A stretch of 64,000 nucleotides of DNA from an uncultured Pseudomonadota bacterium (GTDB lineage Bacteria > Pseudomonadota > Alphaproteobacteria > UBA9219). A program made the translations under genes and the position numbers. Positions 21,058 to 30,983 of this stretch are shown in pieces; position 1 is the first letter of the stretch; each line of letters opens with the position of its first letter. A model generated the notes under the pieces. The model saw only the letters and a list, made by a program, of their open reading frames with translations, made no database searches and was not told where the DNA came from. The stretch is from positions 14,891 to 78,890 of the forward strand of contig CAIPYM010000071.1 in assembly GCA_903869345.1 (NCBI GenBank). Direction: 5' to 3'.

Positions 21058-21453
21058 ATGGCCAACGAGTCCCCCCTTGATCGGCCTGAATGGCGGGCGC
21101 TTGCTCGCGAGGCGTTGGACGTGTGGCAAGAGCATCTCGCGTTTTACGCCTCCGACCCCAAGGCCAAAGACGATCTGACGCATCTGATTGAACCGCTGGC
21201 CAAGATGTTTGCCGAAAACGGCCTTGGCAGCGCATGGACCGGAAAAGGCGCGACTTCCTCCGATGCAAAACCGGGTGTGACCGTGGCCGACCTCGCGCGA
21301 CGCCTAGCCCAGGTGGAAAAAACAGTGGCAACGTTGGTTTCTCCGAAGGCCTCTCCCGTTTCTTCTCCTGCGCGGAAACGTGCCGTCGCAAAACCATCTT
21401 CCCGCGCGGCCAAGCGTTCCAAACCGCGCTCAACGCGAGTCCCCAAAGCCTAA
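21058..21453 (+). CDS. Hypothetical protein with basic Lys/Arg-rich C-terminal tail
   Basis: LAREALDVWQEH N-terminus, coiled coil DLARRLAQVEK, basic tail; fills the gap between polA and the HIT gene. Confidence 0.5.
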   Translation: MANESPLDRPEWRALAREALDVWQEHLAFYASDPKAKDDLTHLIEPLAKMFAENGLGSAWTGKGATSSDAKPGVTVADLARRLAQVEKTVATLVSPKASPVSSPARKRAVAKPSSRAAKRSKPRSTRVPKA

Positions 21454-21550
21454 CGCGCACAGGCTTGAACCAGGGGGAGGGGGCGTTCGCTTTCCGAGCA
21501 GAATTACAGTAAAAAAAGCGCAGGAGAGCGGCTTTCAGGAGGGCGCGACG

Positions 21551-21919
21551 ATGCCTTACAACCCCGACAACGTTTTTGCGGCAATCTTGCGCGGGGCGAT
21601 TCCTTGCCAAAAGATTTTTGAAAACGAGCATGTTGTCGCGTTTCACGACATTCACCCTCAGGCGCCCGTGCACGTTTTGGTGATCCCCAAGGGGGCGTAC
21701 ACGGGCCCCGACGACTTCGCGACCCGAGCGAGCGAGGCCGAGATTGTTGCCTTCACGCGGGCGATCGGTACCCTCGCGCGGCAGTTAGGGGTCGAAGCGA
21801 CGGGCTACCGCCTTCTGGCCAACGAAGGTCCCCACGCCCACCAGGAAGTTCCGCACTTCCATGTGCATCTTCTCGCGGGTCGTCCCCTGGGGCCCTTGCT
21901 GACGCCTGCGAGCGCCTGA
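21551..21919 (+). CDS. HIT-family nucleotide-binding protein
   Basis: YNPDNVFAAILRGAIP, FHDIHPQAPVHVLVIPK, histidine triad HFHVHLL. Confidence 0.92.
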   Translation: MPYNPDNVFAAILRGAIPCQKIFENEHVVAFHDIHPQAPVHVLVIPKGAYTGPDDFATRASEAEIVAFTRAIGTLARQLGVEATGYRLLANEGPHAHQEVPHFHVHLLAGRPLGPLLTPASA

Positions 21920-21920
21920 C

Positions 21921-22562
21921 ATGCCGGACGAGCCCCGCGCACTGCCCGCCAAGCCCCCCGGCATCGTCTCGGTGTTGCGGGAAGCGCTTTTGCAGGGGCA
22001 CGGTCCGCGCATGAGCGTGGGCGAACTGGTCCAAGCGTTAGGCCCGCGTGGGTACGGTGCTATGATCCTCGTCCTGGATTTGCCCAACCTGATTCCCCTG
22101 CCGATTCCGGGCCCTTCCGCCCTTTTCGGCCTGCCCATGGCGCTTCTTGCGATTCAGATGGCGTTTGGGGCCGAGGCCCCATGGTTACCGCAAGGTATTC
22201 GTCGCCGCATGTTCAACCGTGCCCATTTGATGAGCCTCTGTGCTCGGATAGAACCTTTTTTGCGCCATGTGGAGCGCGTGCTGCGTCCCCGGTGGTCGGG
22301 GTTTTCCGGTCGCCTTGCCGACCGTTTTCTGGGGGCCTTTATCGCCCTTCTAGCCGCCGTGATGTCGCTGCCCATCCCCTTCGGAAACCTGATTTTGGCG
22401 GTTCCCATCGGGTTTGTGGCCCTGGGGCTGATCGCCCGAGACGGCGTGGCGATTCTGGGAGGCCTGGTGTTCGGTGTCATCGCGTTGATCGTGAACGTGC
22501 TGATTGGCTCATCCCTGATTTTAGGGGGTGTCTATGCCCTTCACCGTTTTTTCGGCGGGTAA
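21921..22562 (+). CDS. exoD: ExoD-family membrane protein
   Basis: LGPRGYG, LPNLIPLP, PIPFGN, GLIARDG. Confidence 0.85.
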   Translation: MPDEPRALPAKPPGIVSVLREALLQGHGPRMSVGELVQALGPRGYGAMILVLDLPNLIPLPIPGPSALFGLPMALLAIQMAFGAEAPWLPQGIRRRMFNRAHLMSLCARIEPFLRHVERVLRPRWSGFSGRLADRFLGAFIALLAAVMSLPIPFGNLILAVPIGFVALGLIARDGVAILGGLVFGVIALIVNVLIGSSLILGGVYALHRFFGG

Positions 22563-22652
22563 GCGGCGCGTTCAGTTTCCCGAAAGCTCATGAGGGGTCG
22601 TCAAAAAAACAGGAGGAATCCTGTAGAATCCGGGGACACGCGGCCCTCGCGC

Positions 22653-23816
22653 CTATTTTTCTCGAACACGTGTGAACGAGTCCGGGTACCTTTTGGCAAG
22701 AGCACGTGCAATGATGTCAGCAACAACCTTGCTGCCGTTCGTGTTCAGATGCACGGCATCGTAGATGAATGCGGATGTTGGCGTCACCTCTTTGTCCAAA
22801 TCAATGAGGAAGACGTTTTCGTCCCGAGCCACCTCGCGCACAATCGCGTTGGCCGCCTGATAAAGACGCACGAAATCGTCGTACGAGAGGGGCTGATCTT
22901 TTTCTTCATAGGTTTTGCGCACGAACGCATCGTTGGTGTGCAAGCGATTAAATTGGGTCATCAGAATCGGCTCGATGTTCCAAGCGCGTGCGACACGGAC
23001 GAACGACGTCAGCGAGGCGCGGAATTGCGTTCGAAGCACTAGCTCCACGTCCTGCGGCGTTGTTTTACGGGCACGGTACGTCGCCCATTCGTCTTGAGCG
23101 GCAACCTTGTCCACGGCTCGTGAAAAGAGATGTCCAATTTTGGGCCAAGTGTTGGGCAAAAGAACATCCTTCACGGCCTTAAGGACCGTGTACAAGGCCC
23201 CCTGTTTCCCGAGCCTGTCGTCTTGAATGATCTCGCGCCCCGGCGGGGCTTCCCAATAGGAGAGGGTCTTGGACAACGCCGTCACATCATTGATGGCATG
23301 CATGAGAATGACGAACGATGGCTCCTGCGGAAGCCCTTTGGCCATAAAGGCAAAGAGCGAATGCAGGGAGTTGTTTCCCGACATTCCTCCGTTCAGCACG
23401 CGCAAAGAACGCCCCTGCTTGTTTTGCAATTTTTCTGATACCGAATAAGGGAATCTCGCCTCTTCGCCGTCAATGTATTCACATTCCGTTGTGCTTCCGC
23501 CCCAAAAAATAATGTCCACTTTTTGTGATTGAACGTCTTTGGAAAAATCCTTCTCGCCGACGATAAATCCGTCTTTGTCCGTCCTTAATCGGTACTCTTT
23601 TTGGGGGAGATTTTCGGTGTCCTGCATGTAGTCGTCGGGGGGCACCTCGGTTTTATCGGTGTTCACGCCATGTTCCCTGAGCCTGATGGACCTGACGACG
23701 GAGATCCCCGCACTTCTGCATGTGAAAACCCCCACGGTCCAATCCACGACCTTCACCGTCGTCAAAGAAACCAGAAGAACAATTAAAACGGCTCCAAAGC
23801 CCTTAATCCAACGCAT
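22653..23816 (-). CDS. SGNH/GDSL hydrolase-family protein
   Basis: N-terminal TM; block I GGSTT, NGGMSG, AIND, DAVH (DxxH). Confidence 0.75.
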   Translation of the reverse strand: MRWIKGFGAVLIVLLVSLTTVKVVDWTVGVFTCRSAGISVVRSIRLREHGVNTDKTEVPPDDYMQDTENLPQKEYRLRTDKDGFIVGEKDFSKDVQSQKVDIIFWGGSTTECEYIDGEEARFPYSVSEKLQNKQGRSLRVLNGGMSGNNSLHSLFAFMAKGLPQEPSFVILMHAINDVTALSKTLSYWEAPPGREIIQDDRLGKQGALYTVLKAVKDVLLPNTWPKIGHLFSRAVDKVAAQDEWATYRARKTTPQDVELVLRTQFRASLTSFVRVARAWNIEPILMTQFNRLHTNDAFVRKTYEEKDQPLSYDDFVRLYQAANAIVREVARDENVFLIDLDKEVTPTSAFIYDAVHLNTNGSKVVADIIARALAKRYPDSFTRVREK

Positions 23817-25641
23817 AGTTTTCCTTGTAGTTGGCGGTTAACGACGCGTGTTGCTCGGCCTTGCGCAGAAAGGCCGTTCCCACAACCAACACGTCCAGCT
23901 CGGTTCCCATAAAGCACCGGAACGCGTCCTCGGGTGAGCAGACAATCGGTTCACCACGAACATTGAACGAGGTGTTCACAACAACCGGGCACCCCGTCAG
24001 CTCGTTGAATCGTTGAATCAGGCGGTGGTAGCGCGGGTTGGTCTCCCGGTGGACAGTCTGTACACGTGCCGAGTAGTCCACGTGCGTCACGGCGGGAATC
24101 GTTGAGCGCGGCACGTTGAGTTTATCAATACCGAAAAGCGCTTGCTCGTCCGCTGTCATGGCCCGGCGTTTATCACGGGCGACATCGGCCACAAGAAGCA
24201 TGTAGGGACTGTCCACGTCCATCTCAAACCATGCTCCCACGTTTTCGCGGAGAACGCTCGGCGCGAAAGGCCTGAACGATTCGCGGTATTTCACCTTGAG
24301 GTTCAGAAGCTTTTGCATGGCGGGGGAACGCGGGTCCGCGAGGATGCTGCGGGCCCCCAGCGCACGCGGGCCAAACTCCATGCGCCCACTCATCCACCCA
24401 ATCGCTTTTCCATCGGCCAAAGCTTGCGCCGTGTGCTCAATCACCTCGTCATCCGAAAGCGTTGTGAACACAGCCCCGCAGCGCGTGAGGCTTTCGGTAA
24501 TCGCGTGTGAACTGAACGCGGGCCCCAGGTACGCGCCCTTCATTCCGTCCAAACCCTTCGGGACGTCGCGCGGCTTGCCCAGCATGATGTGATACGCCCC
24601 CAGCGCCGCACCCACGGCCCCACCAGCATCCCCAGCCGCTGGTTGAATCCAGAGGCGTTCAAACACATTTTCGCGCAGCAGCTTGCCATTCGCCACGCAA
24701 TTCAGGGCCACACCACCCGCTAAACACAGATTCTTTTGGCCTGTGCTGCGCGCAATACCCTTGGCAAGTTTCAGGACGACCTCTTCGGTCACCGCTTGAA
24801 TCGAGGCAGCCAGGTCCATCTCACGTTGCGTCAGCGTGGACTCTTGTTGGCGTGGAGGCCCCCCGAACAACGCATCAAACTTGGCGTTGGTCATCGTGAG
24901 GCCCGTGCAATAGTTGAAATAGCTCATGTCCAGCGCGAACGAGCCGTCGTCCTTGATGTCGATGAGGTGATCCTTGATCAGCTTGGCGTACGTCGGTGCA
25001 CCGTAGGGCGCGAGCCCCATCACTTTGTATTCGCCGCTGTTGACCTTGAATCCCGTGTAAGACGTCAGCGCCGAATAGAGCAGCCCCAGAGAGTGCGGAA
25101 AGTGAATCTCTTTGTGGACCGACAGGGTGTTGCCCTGCCCCACGGCCAGGGATGTTGTCGTCCACTCCCCCACGCCGTCCATCGTCAGCACGGCAGCGGA
25201 TTCAAAGGGGCTTGGAAAGAACGCGCTGGCGGCGTGGCTCAGGTGGTGCTCGGAAAACAAGAGTCGGCTTTCCCAATCAACCCCTTTTCCCCAGAGATCC
25301 TTCAGCGCGTGCGCGATCACGGTCTTTTGAAAGAGTTTGTCCTTGATCCAGACGGGCAGCGACGTCACAAAGCTCGAAAAGCCTCTGGGCGCAAACGCAA
25401 GGTAAGTCTCCAGCAAGCGCTCAAACTTGAGAAACGGCTTGTCGTAAAACACCACATGGTCAACATCCTGGGGCGCAATCCCGGCCTCGGCTAAGCAATA
25501 GGTGATGGCCTGACAGGGGAAGCCGGGGTCGTGCTTGATGCGCGTAAACCGCTCCTCTTGCGCGGCGGCGATGATCTCGCCGTCGATCACCAGGCACGCC
25601 GCCGAGTCGTGGTAGTAAGCCGAGATTCCAAGGATCTTCAT
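23803..25641 (-). CDS. O-carbamoyltransferase (NodU/CmcH family)
   Basis: ILGISAYYHDSAA, EERFTRIKH, EHHLSHAASAF, GEYKVMGLAPYG, GGVALNCVANG, EFGPRALGARS, NTSFNVRGEPIV. Confidence 0.92.
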   Translation of the reverse strand: MKILGISAYYHDSAACLVIDGEIIAAAQEERFTRIKHDPGFPCQAITYCLAEAGIAPQDVDHVVFYDKPFLKFERLLETYLAFAPRGFSSFVTSLPVWIKDKLFQKTVIAHALKDLWGKGVDWESRLLFSEHHLSHAASAFFPSPFESAAVLTMDGVGEWTTTSLAVGQGNTLSVHKEIHFPHSLGLLYSALTSYTGFKVNSGEYKVMGLAPYGAPTYAKLIKDHLIDIKDDGSFALDMSYFNYCTGLTMTNAKFDALFGGPPRQQESTLTQREMDLAASIQAVTEEVVLKLAKGIARSTGQKNLCLAGGVALNCVANGKLLRENVFERLWIQPAAGDAGGAVGAALGAYHIMLGKPRDVPKGLDGMKGAYLGPAFSSHAITESLTRCGAVFTTLSDDEVIEHTAQALADGKAIGWMSGRMEFGPRALGARSILADPRSPAMQKLLNLKVKYRESFRPFAPSVLRENVGAWFEMDVDSPYMLLVADVARDKRRAMTADEQALFGIDKLNVPRSTIPAVTHVDYSARVQTVHRETNPRYHRLIQRFNELTGCPVVVNTSFNVRGEPIVCSPEDAFRCFMGTELDVLVVGTAFLRKAEQHASLTANYKENYALD

Positions 25642-25654
25642 CGTCGGTGGTTTT

Positions 25655-25804
25655 CTAAAAGAGCGTGTAGACGAAGGGGGCGATCACCGAGCCTTGCGCG
25701 AGGATCAACAAACCTCCCAGCAAGACGAGCACAACGAAGATCGGTGCTAACCACAGCTTCTTGCGAACGCGCAAAAACGCCCACAGTTCTTTCAAAAAGC
25801 CCAT
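25655..25804 (-). CDS. 49-aa SxtK-like (DUF5989) membrane peptide, not in the ORF track
   Basis: Manual translation MGFLKELWAFLRVRKKLWLAPIFVVLVLLGGLLILAQGSVIAPFVYTLF*; typical position before the carbamoyltransferase. Confidence 0.8.
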   Translation of the reverse strand: MGFLKELWAFLRVRKKLWLAPIFVVLVLLGGLLILAQGSVIAPFVYTLF

Positions 25805-25815
25805 CGCTTCTCTCC

Positions 25816-26229
25816 TTAAAACAGGTGCTTGAACGATTCCGGTGTGGGGCCATGGGGCTCACGATTCACCCAATAGCTTGGGGCGTCACGTTTCTTCAGT
25901 AAAAGCGCGTCCCGCCCTGCGAGGCGCATGATCAGCGCAAGCGGCGTGATGACCAGAAAGAACAAGGTCCCCAAGACGATGGGGTTCACAACCTTGCCCA
26001 GCAAAACTCCGAGCTCAAACCACAGCTTGTTCAAGGGCTCGAGCCGCTGGGGAGCAAAGACCGTGACAAACGTGGTAAGGCCTGACGCGACAAGAATCGC
26101 GGCCCCCCAACCGGGCTGGTGCCGGCTCAACATGTAAACGGCCACCAAGGCGAAGAGAATCGCGAACGTCCCACCAAATTTACGGGGAGACGGACGATTT
26201 GCCAGGCGAGAAGACGTGATTCGTGCCAC
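25816..26229 (-). CDS. SxtJ-like membrane protein
   Basis: SPRKFG, LEPLNKLW..LGVLLGKVVNPIVL, GRDALLLK, SYWVNR; start uncertain. Confidence 0.75.
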   Translation of the reverse strand: MARITSSRLANRPSPRKFGGTFAILFALVAVYMLSRHQPGWGAAILVASGLTTFVTVFAPQRLEPLNKLWFELGVLLGKVVNPIVLGTLFFLVITPLALIMRLAGRDALLLKKRDAPSYWVNREPHGPTPESFKHLF

Positions 26230-26447
26230 AGGAGCGTCCTTCGTCTCGGAAAAATTAGGTAGAGAAGGCCGGTGTGTGCGGTGCGTGTGCGCCAACAAAC
26301 GGATTTCTGAAGGGGCAAAACAACAACGAAAATAACGTCCGATTTATAGGGGGTAGAAAGTGGACGAGTCAATCCAGCCCCCCGAGCGCGTGCCTGAGTG
26401 AACAAGGCTTCGGTTGGCTTGCAGAAGACTTCCTTCTAGAATGCCGT

Positions 26448-27827
26448 ATGCGTTTCTGGGCTGCTCTCTTTCTGGTCGTCGCTTGCTGGAATCTCGTGCC
26501 CGGACTCGCGCGGGCCGGGGAGGGCGATCGGCTGGTTATCCTCCGCGATGCGGAGACCGAGGAAACCCTTCGCCGGTTGGCCACGCCCGTGTTCAAGGCC
26601 GCCGGGATTGAGCCCGAGGCCGTCAAGCTGATCATCGTTAAGGACCCGTCCGTCAACGCGTTCGTGGCGGGTGGGCCGAACTTGTTTCTGCACATGGGCC
26701 TCTTGGAAGCCACCCCCACGCCCGAGCAACTTTTGGGCGTGATCGCGCACGAAACGGGCCACATGGCGGGCGGGCACCTTGCGCGGGGCAGCGAGGCCCT
26801 CCGGAACGCCCGCATTGAGACCATCGTCGGGATCCTGGCGGGCCTGGCGGCGGGCGTGACAACGGGGCACGGCGAGATGCTCGGCGCGGCTCTTGGTGGG
26901 GCGCAGACCGTCGCGACGCGGTCGCTCCTCAGCTTTAGCCGCGATCAAGAGGGCTCGGCCGACGCGGCGGCGCTGACGTACTTGGACGCCGTGGGGGTCT
27001 CGGCCAAAGAGTTTCTCGCGTTCATGCAAACGCTGAAGGGGCAAGAGGATATCCCCCTCGACCGTCAAGCTCCCTACCTTCGCACCCACCCCCTGACCCA
27101 CGAGCGCATGGACGCCGTCGCCGCGCATCTTCAACGCACCAAGGTCTCGCCGGACGCTCGGCTCGGCCCCGCGTTCGCGGCGCGGCACGCACGGATGGAG
27201 GCCAAGCTGCGCGGGTACCTGCATGCCGAAAGGGTCCTGCAGGAAACCAAGGACCGCCCGAACCTTGAGGTCCCCGCGCTTTACGCCCGAGCCCTTGCGC
27301 TGGAGCAAACGGGGCAACTCGCGCCAGCGTTAAGCGCCGTGGATCGGTTGCTTCAGAAAGCTCCCGAGGACCCCTATTTCCACGAATTGCGGGGCCAAAT
27401 GCTGTTTGAAAAAGGCCACGTGGATGAATCCCTGAGCGACTACGCGGCGGCGGCCAAGGCCCTGTCCCGTGCCGCCCTGATCCGCGCGGCCTACGGGCAC
27501 GCGCTTTTAGAAAGCACCACGCCGAACCATCTGGACCGTGCCATTTCAGAATTGACGGCGGCCAGTGGCCTGGAAGGTGAAACGCCGGAGACCTGGCACC
27601 TTCTGGCTGCCGCCTGGGGCCAAAAGGGGGCGCAAACGAACGATCCCGTGGACCGGGGTCAAGCCGCGTACGCCCTGGCCGAAGAAGCCAACGCCGAAGG
27701 CCGCACCCAAGACGCCAAGCGCTTTCTTGCGCAGGCCTTGCGGTTGCTCCCCGAAGGCTCTCCCACGCGGCTTCGTGCCCAGGATCTGCACATGGATGTG
27801 AATTCGGCTTCGCACACGGACGAATGA
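26448..27827 (+). CDS. M48 metalloprotease with TPR domain (BepA/YfgC-like)
   Basis: Signal peptide, VNAFVAGG, HETGH (HExxH), FSRDQEGSAD, YLRTHP, TPR tail. Confidence 0.87.
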   Translation: MRFWAALFLVVACWNLVPGLARAGEGDRLVILRDAETEETLRRLATPVFKAAGIEPEAVKLIIVKDPSVNAFVAGGPNLFLHMGLLEATPTPEQLLGVIAHETGHMAGGHLARGSEALRNARIETIVGILAGLAAGVTTGHGEMLGAALGGAQTVATRSLLSFSRDQEGSADAAALTYLDAVGVSAKEFLAFMQTLKGQEDIPLDRQAPYLRTHPLTHERMDAVAAHLQRTKVSPDARLGPAFAARHARMEAKLRGYLHAERVLQETKDRPNLEVPALYARALALEQTGQLAPALSAVDRLLQKAPEDPYFHELRGQMLFEKGHVDESLSDYAAAAKALSRAALIRAAYGHALLESTTPNHLDRAISELTAASGLEGETPETWHLLAAAWGQKGAQTNDPVDRGQAAYALAEEANAEGRTQDAKRFLAQALRLLPEGSPTRLRAQDLHMDVNSASHTDE

Positions 27828-28003
27828 ATCTCCTATCGTTCCTCCAAACAAGAAAGAGGGCTCTTGCTCGGCTCCGCCTCGTGTTCTTCCGCCTTCCTCA
27901 AACCTTTCCCTTTGGTTAAGATTTTGATGGGTGGTAAGGTACGTCACCGGATGCCAGAGTCATTGGATGTCAAGCTGGCTTGAGCTGCGAAAGGGACTCG
28001 TTC

Positions 28004-28663
28004 ATGGACTTAAGTTTGATTCAGGAAATTGACGAAGACCTGCAGCGCCAGCGCCTGGAGGCGGCCTGGAAACGCTGGGGCACGATGGTGGTCGGTGGTG
28101 CTGTGGCGCTGATTCTGGGCACGGCCGCGGTGACGGGGTGGATGTCGTGGACCGAGCGTCGAGACCAGACAAACTCTGCCGAATTGCACGCGTTGCTGGA
28201 ACCTTCCGCGAACGGTGTGTCCTCACCCCAAGCTTCCCCTCAGGCCCTTGAAGTGTTTGCCGCGCAACACCCGTCACGCCAACAGTCGGCGCTTGCGCGG
28301 CTTCACGCGGCGGCGCTTTTGGCCAACGCGGGGCAAACCCAAGAGGCTGCGGCGCTTTACGACACCCTGGCCAAGGACACGAACACCGATTCGGTTTTAC
28401 GCGAATTTGCCGCGTTTCAGGCCGCACGGACGCTGTTGGACACAGGCGACACCGCCAACCTGAATGACCGTTTGGCGGCTCTGGCCTCGTCGCCCACGTG
28501 GGGCCTTTTGGCCCGCGAGCTCAGCGGGTATGTCGCCCTCCGGGAGGGGGACCTGTCGAAAGCCAAAGCTATTTTCCGCGTGCTGGCGCTTGAGCCCGAC
28601 GCCCCGGCCCCCTTGGTCGCACGTGTCAAGGACCTGAGTCGCAGCCTGGATTTGGGAGACTGA
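28004..28663 (+). CDS. TPR protein (YfgM-like)
   Basis: IQEIDEDLQRQRL..AWKRWG, single TM, helical repeats; precedes bamB. Confidence 0.72.
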   Translation: MDLSLIQEIDEDLQRQRLEAAWKRWGTMVVGGAVALILGTAAVTGWMSWTERRDQTNSAELHALLEPSANGVSSPQASPQALEVFAAQHPSRQQSALARLHAAALLANAGQTQEAAALYDTLAKDTNTDSVLREFAAFQAARTLLDTGDTANLNDRLAALASSPTWGLLARELSGYVALREGDLSKAKAIFRVLALEPDAPAPLVARVKDLSRSLDLGD

Positions 28664-28666
28664 CTC

Positions 28667-30052
28667 ATGAAACGTGACGCGCGTTGGCGGTTGGTGGTGG
28701 GGAGCGTTCTGCTTTTAGGAACGTTGGGCGGGTGTTCCTCGCTTTTCGGAAGCGCTCCGAAGGGGCCGGATTCCCTCGCGCACGACGAAAATCCTCCCGT
28801 GCAGCAGGACAGCGAGGGGGACAACGAAGGGTCCCCCGCTCTTGGCGCAGGGCCTCGGCTCACGCCGGACAAAAACGCGGCCTCCATCCTGTTGCGGTTG
28901 CCGAACCCGGAGAACGCGTCGGCGTGGTCCCAGGCGGGCGGTTCGGCGACTCATGCGGGTCGGCACCTCGCGCTGCTGAAGAGCCCTTGGGACGTTTGGA
29001 GTGTCTCCATCGGTGAAGGTTCAGGGCGCGACGCCAAAATTCTCGGGACGCCCGTTGTGAGCCAAGGGCGCGTGTTCGCGCTCGACGCTGAGGGACACGT
29101 CAGCGCGTGGCAAACGGAAGAAAGCCGCCATGCCGTGTGGACCTTTGACACCGCCCCGCCCGAGAGCGACGGCGAGGCGCTTGGCGGCGGACTTGCTGTG
29201 GACGGTGCGCGACTGGTGGTGACGACAGGGTGGGGCGAGGTCATCGCGCTGGCCCCGTCCACCGGAAAAGTCCTGTGGCGCGTCCAGGTCGGCAAGCCTC
29301 TGCGGGCCGCGCCGACGCTGGCGGGCGGGCGCGTGTTGGTTGTGACGTTCGACAACGAGCTTCAGGCGCTTGACCTTAAGGACGGGCATTTCCTTTGGAA
29401 GCATAACGGGATTGCCGAGAACGCGACGCTGATGGGGTCGGCCAGCCCCGCCGCTGAAGACGAGACGGTGATTGCCGCCTACGGGTCGGGCGAGGTGTTT
29501 GCCCTCCGTGCTGAAAACGGTCGCGTGCTCTGGAGCGACACCCTGGCAGCGCGCGGCGCGGGGGGAAGTTTGCCCTCGTTGCCGTCCATCCGGGGCCTGC
29601 CTGTTCTGGACAGGGACCTTGTGATCGTCATGAGCCACAACGGTCGCCTCGTTGCCCTGAATGCGCTGACGGGCGAGCGGGCATGGGAGGTGGAGGTGGG
29701 CGGCGTTTCGACGCCGCTCGTCGTGGGTGAGGCCGTGATCATCCTGACGAACGACAACGACCTTGCGGCCCTCAGCCGTGCCGACGGGCGCGTTGTGTGG
29801 GTGAAGTCCCTGCAGCGGTTGGCCAAGCCGGGGGACCCCGATTCGGATCCCGTGTTCTGGCAGGGTCCGATTTTGGCGGGGGGCCAGGTGTGGCTCACGA
29901 ACTCGCTGGGGCAGCTTGTGGCGTTCGCCCCTACCGACGGGCAGTTGCGCTTGACCCGGACGGGGCCGGGGCCCTTCTTCCTGCCCCCCATCAGCGCGGC
30001 CGAGGTCCTTTACGTCCTCAGCGACGACGGCACGTTGCAGGCCTGGCGGTAA
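28667..30052 (+). CDS. bamB: PQQ-like beta-propeller lipoprotein BamB
   Basis: Lipobox LGGC; repeated G..LW propeller motifs; TPR-BamB synteny. Confidence 0.8.
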   Translation: MKRDARWRLVVGSVLLLGTLGGCSSLFGSAPKGPDSLAHDENPPVQQDSEGDNEGSPALGAGPRLTPDKNAASILLRLPNPENASAWSQAGGSATHAGRHLALLKSPWDVWSVSIGEGSGRDAKILGTPVVSQGRVFALDAEGHVSAWQTEESRHAVWTFDTAPPESDGEALGGGLAVDGARLVVTTGWGEVIALAPSTGKVLWRVQVGKPLRAAPTLAGGRVLVVTFDNELQALDLKDGHFLWKHNGIAENATLMGSASPAAEDETVIAAYGSGEVFALRAENGRVLWSDTLAARGAGGSLPSLPSIRGLPVLDRDLVIVMSHNGRLVALNALTGERAWEVEVGGVSTPLVVGEAVIILTNDNDLAALSRADGRVVWVKSLQRLAKPGDPDSDPVFWQGPILAGGQVWLTNSLGQLVAFAPTDGQLRLTRTGPGPFFLPPISAAEVLYVLSDDGTLQAWR

Positions 30053-30272
30053 AGGGTCGGGTCATCAACACCCAAGCGAACCTGTAAGCCGCGCAATTCG
30101 CGCTGATTAGGATGGGGGATCCCCCCGATCGTCGCATCCAGGCTCCGGCGGCCTTTGAACGCCGGATGCCCAAAAACACGACGAGTCGGTTTTTTGCAGC
30201 GCAAAGCTCTTCCTTGCGCTACAAAAGTCATGGAGGGTACAAACCTCCCAGACGTGGCAAAAGGGGGACGGT

Positions 30273-30983
30273 ATGGGTTCTTCAGGTCTCACCGTTGTTG
30301 ATCTTGGCGTTTTGGTCATTCTGGTGCTCTCGGGCGGACTCGCGTTTATGCGCGGACTCGTGCGGGAGGTGTTTGCCCTCGGCACCTGGATCGGCGCGTT
30401 GGCCGTGGCCGTTTTTGCTTATCCTCTCGTCAAGCCCTTGGTCGCGAGCCACATCAAGAACCCCCTCACGGCGGACGTGGCAACGGCGCTGGGGCTGTTT
30501 TGCGCCGCCCTGCTCGTGCTGGTGCCGCTGGGGTATTTCCTGTCCAGCCTGGTGCGGGGCGGAGCGCTCACCGCGATCGATCGGTCGTTGGGCCTCGTGT
30601 TCGGCCTTGTGCGCGGGGCGCTCATCCTGTCCCTTATGTACCTCGGCGTGAGTTGGATTCTCCCTGCCGCCAAGGACCAACCTGCAGCTTTGGCCGAAGC
30701 CAAAAGCCGCTTTCTGCTGGACCACGGGGCCAACATCCTGGAGGGCTTCCTGCCGGGCAAGGGCTCGGGCGGGCCGGTCATCCCCCTGTCCCTGGAGGCG
30801 GCCGTCTCGCCCGAACAGAAAACAGCGGATGATGCGAAGACGCTGGATCGGCTGTCGCGTCCTGTTCCGGTGGCCAAGCCGTCCGGGGATGATCTCTCGG
30901 GGTACACGGACACGATTCGCGACCACCTCAACGCCTTGATTGAGCATAGCGACACGACGTCCTCCGAGAAAGCCAAGCCATGA
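30273..30983 (+). CDS. cvpA: CvpA-family membrane protein
   Basis: RGLVREV, IDRSLGLVFGLVRG; upstream of purF. Confidence 0.88.
   Translation: MGSSGLTVVDLGVLVILVLSGGLAFMRGLVREVFALGTWIGALAVAVFAYPLVKPLVASHIKNPLTADVATALGLFCAALLVLVPLGYFLSSLVRGGALTAIDRSLGLVFGLVRGALILSLMYLGVSWILPAAKDQPAALAEAKSRFLLDHGANILEGFLPGKGSGGPVIPLSLEAAVSPEQKTADDAKTLDRLSRPVPVAKPSGDDLSGYTDTIRDHLNALIEHSDTTSSEKAKP

Noticed and set aside
23803-26229. Saxitoxin biosynthesis
   Set aside because: No sxtA or other core genes; the I/J/K-like trio is widespread on its own
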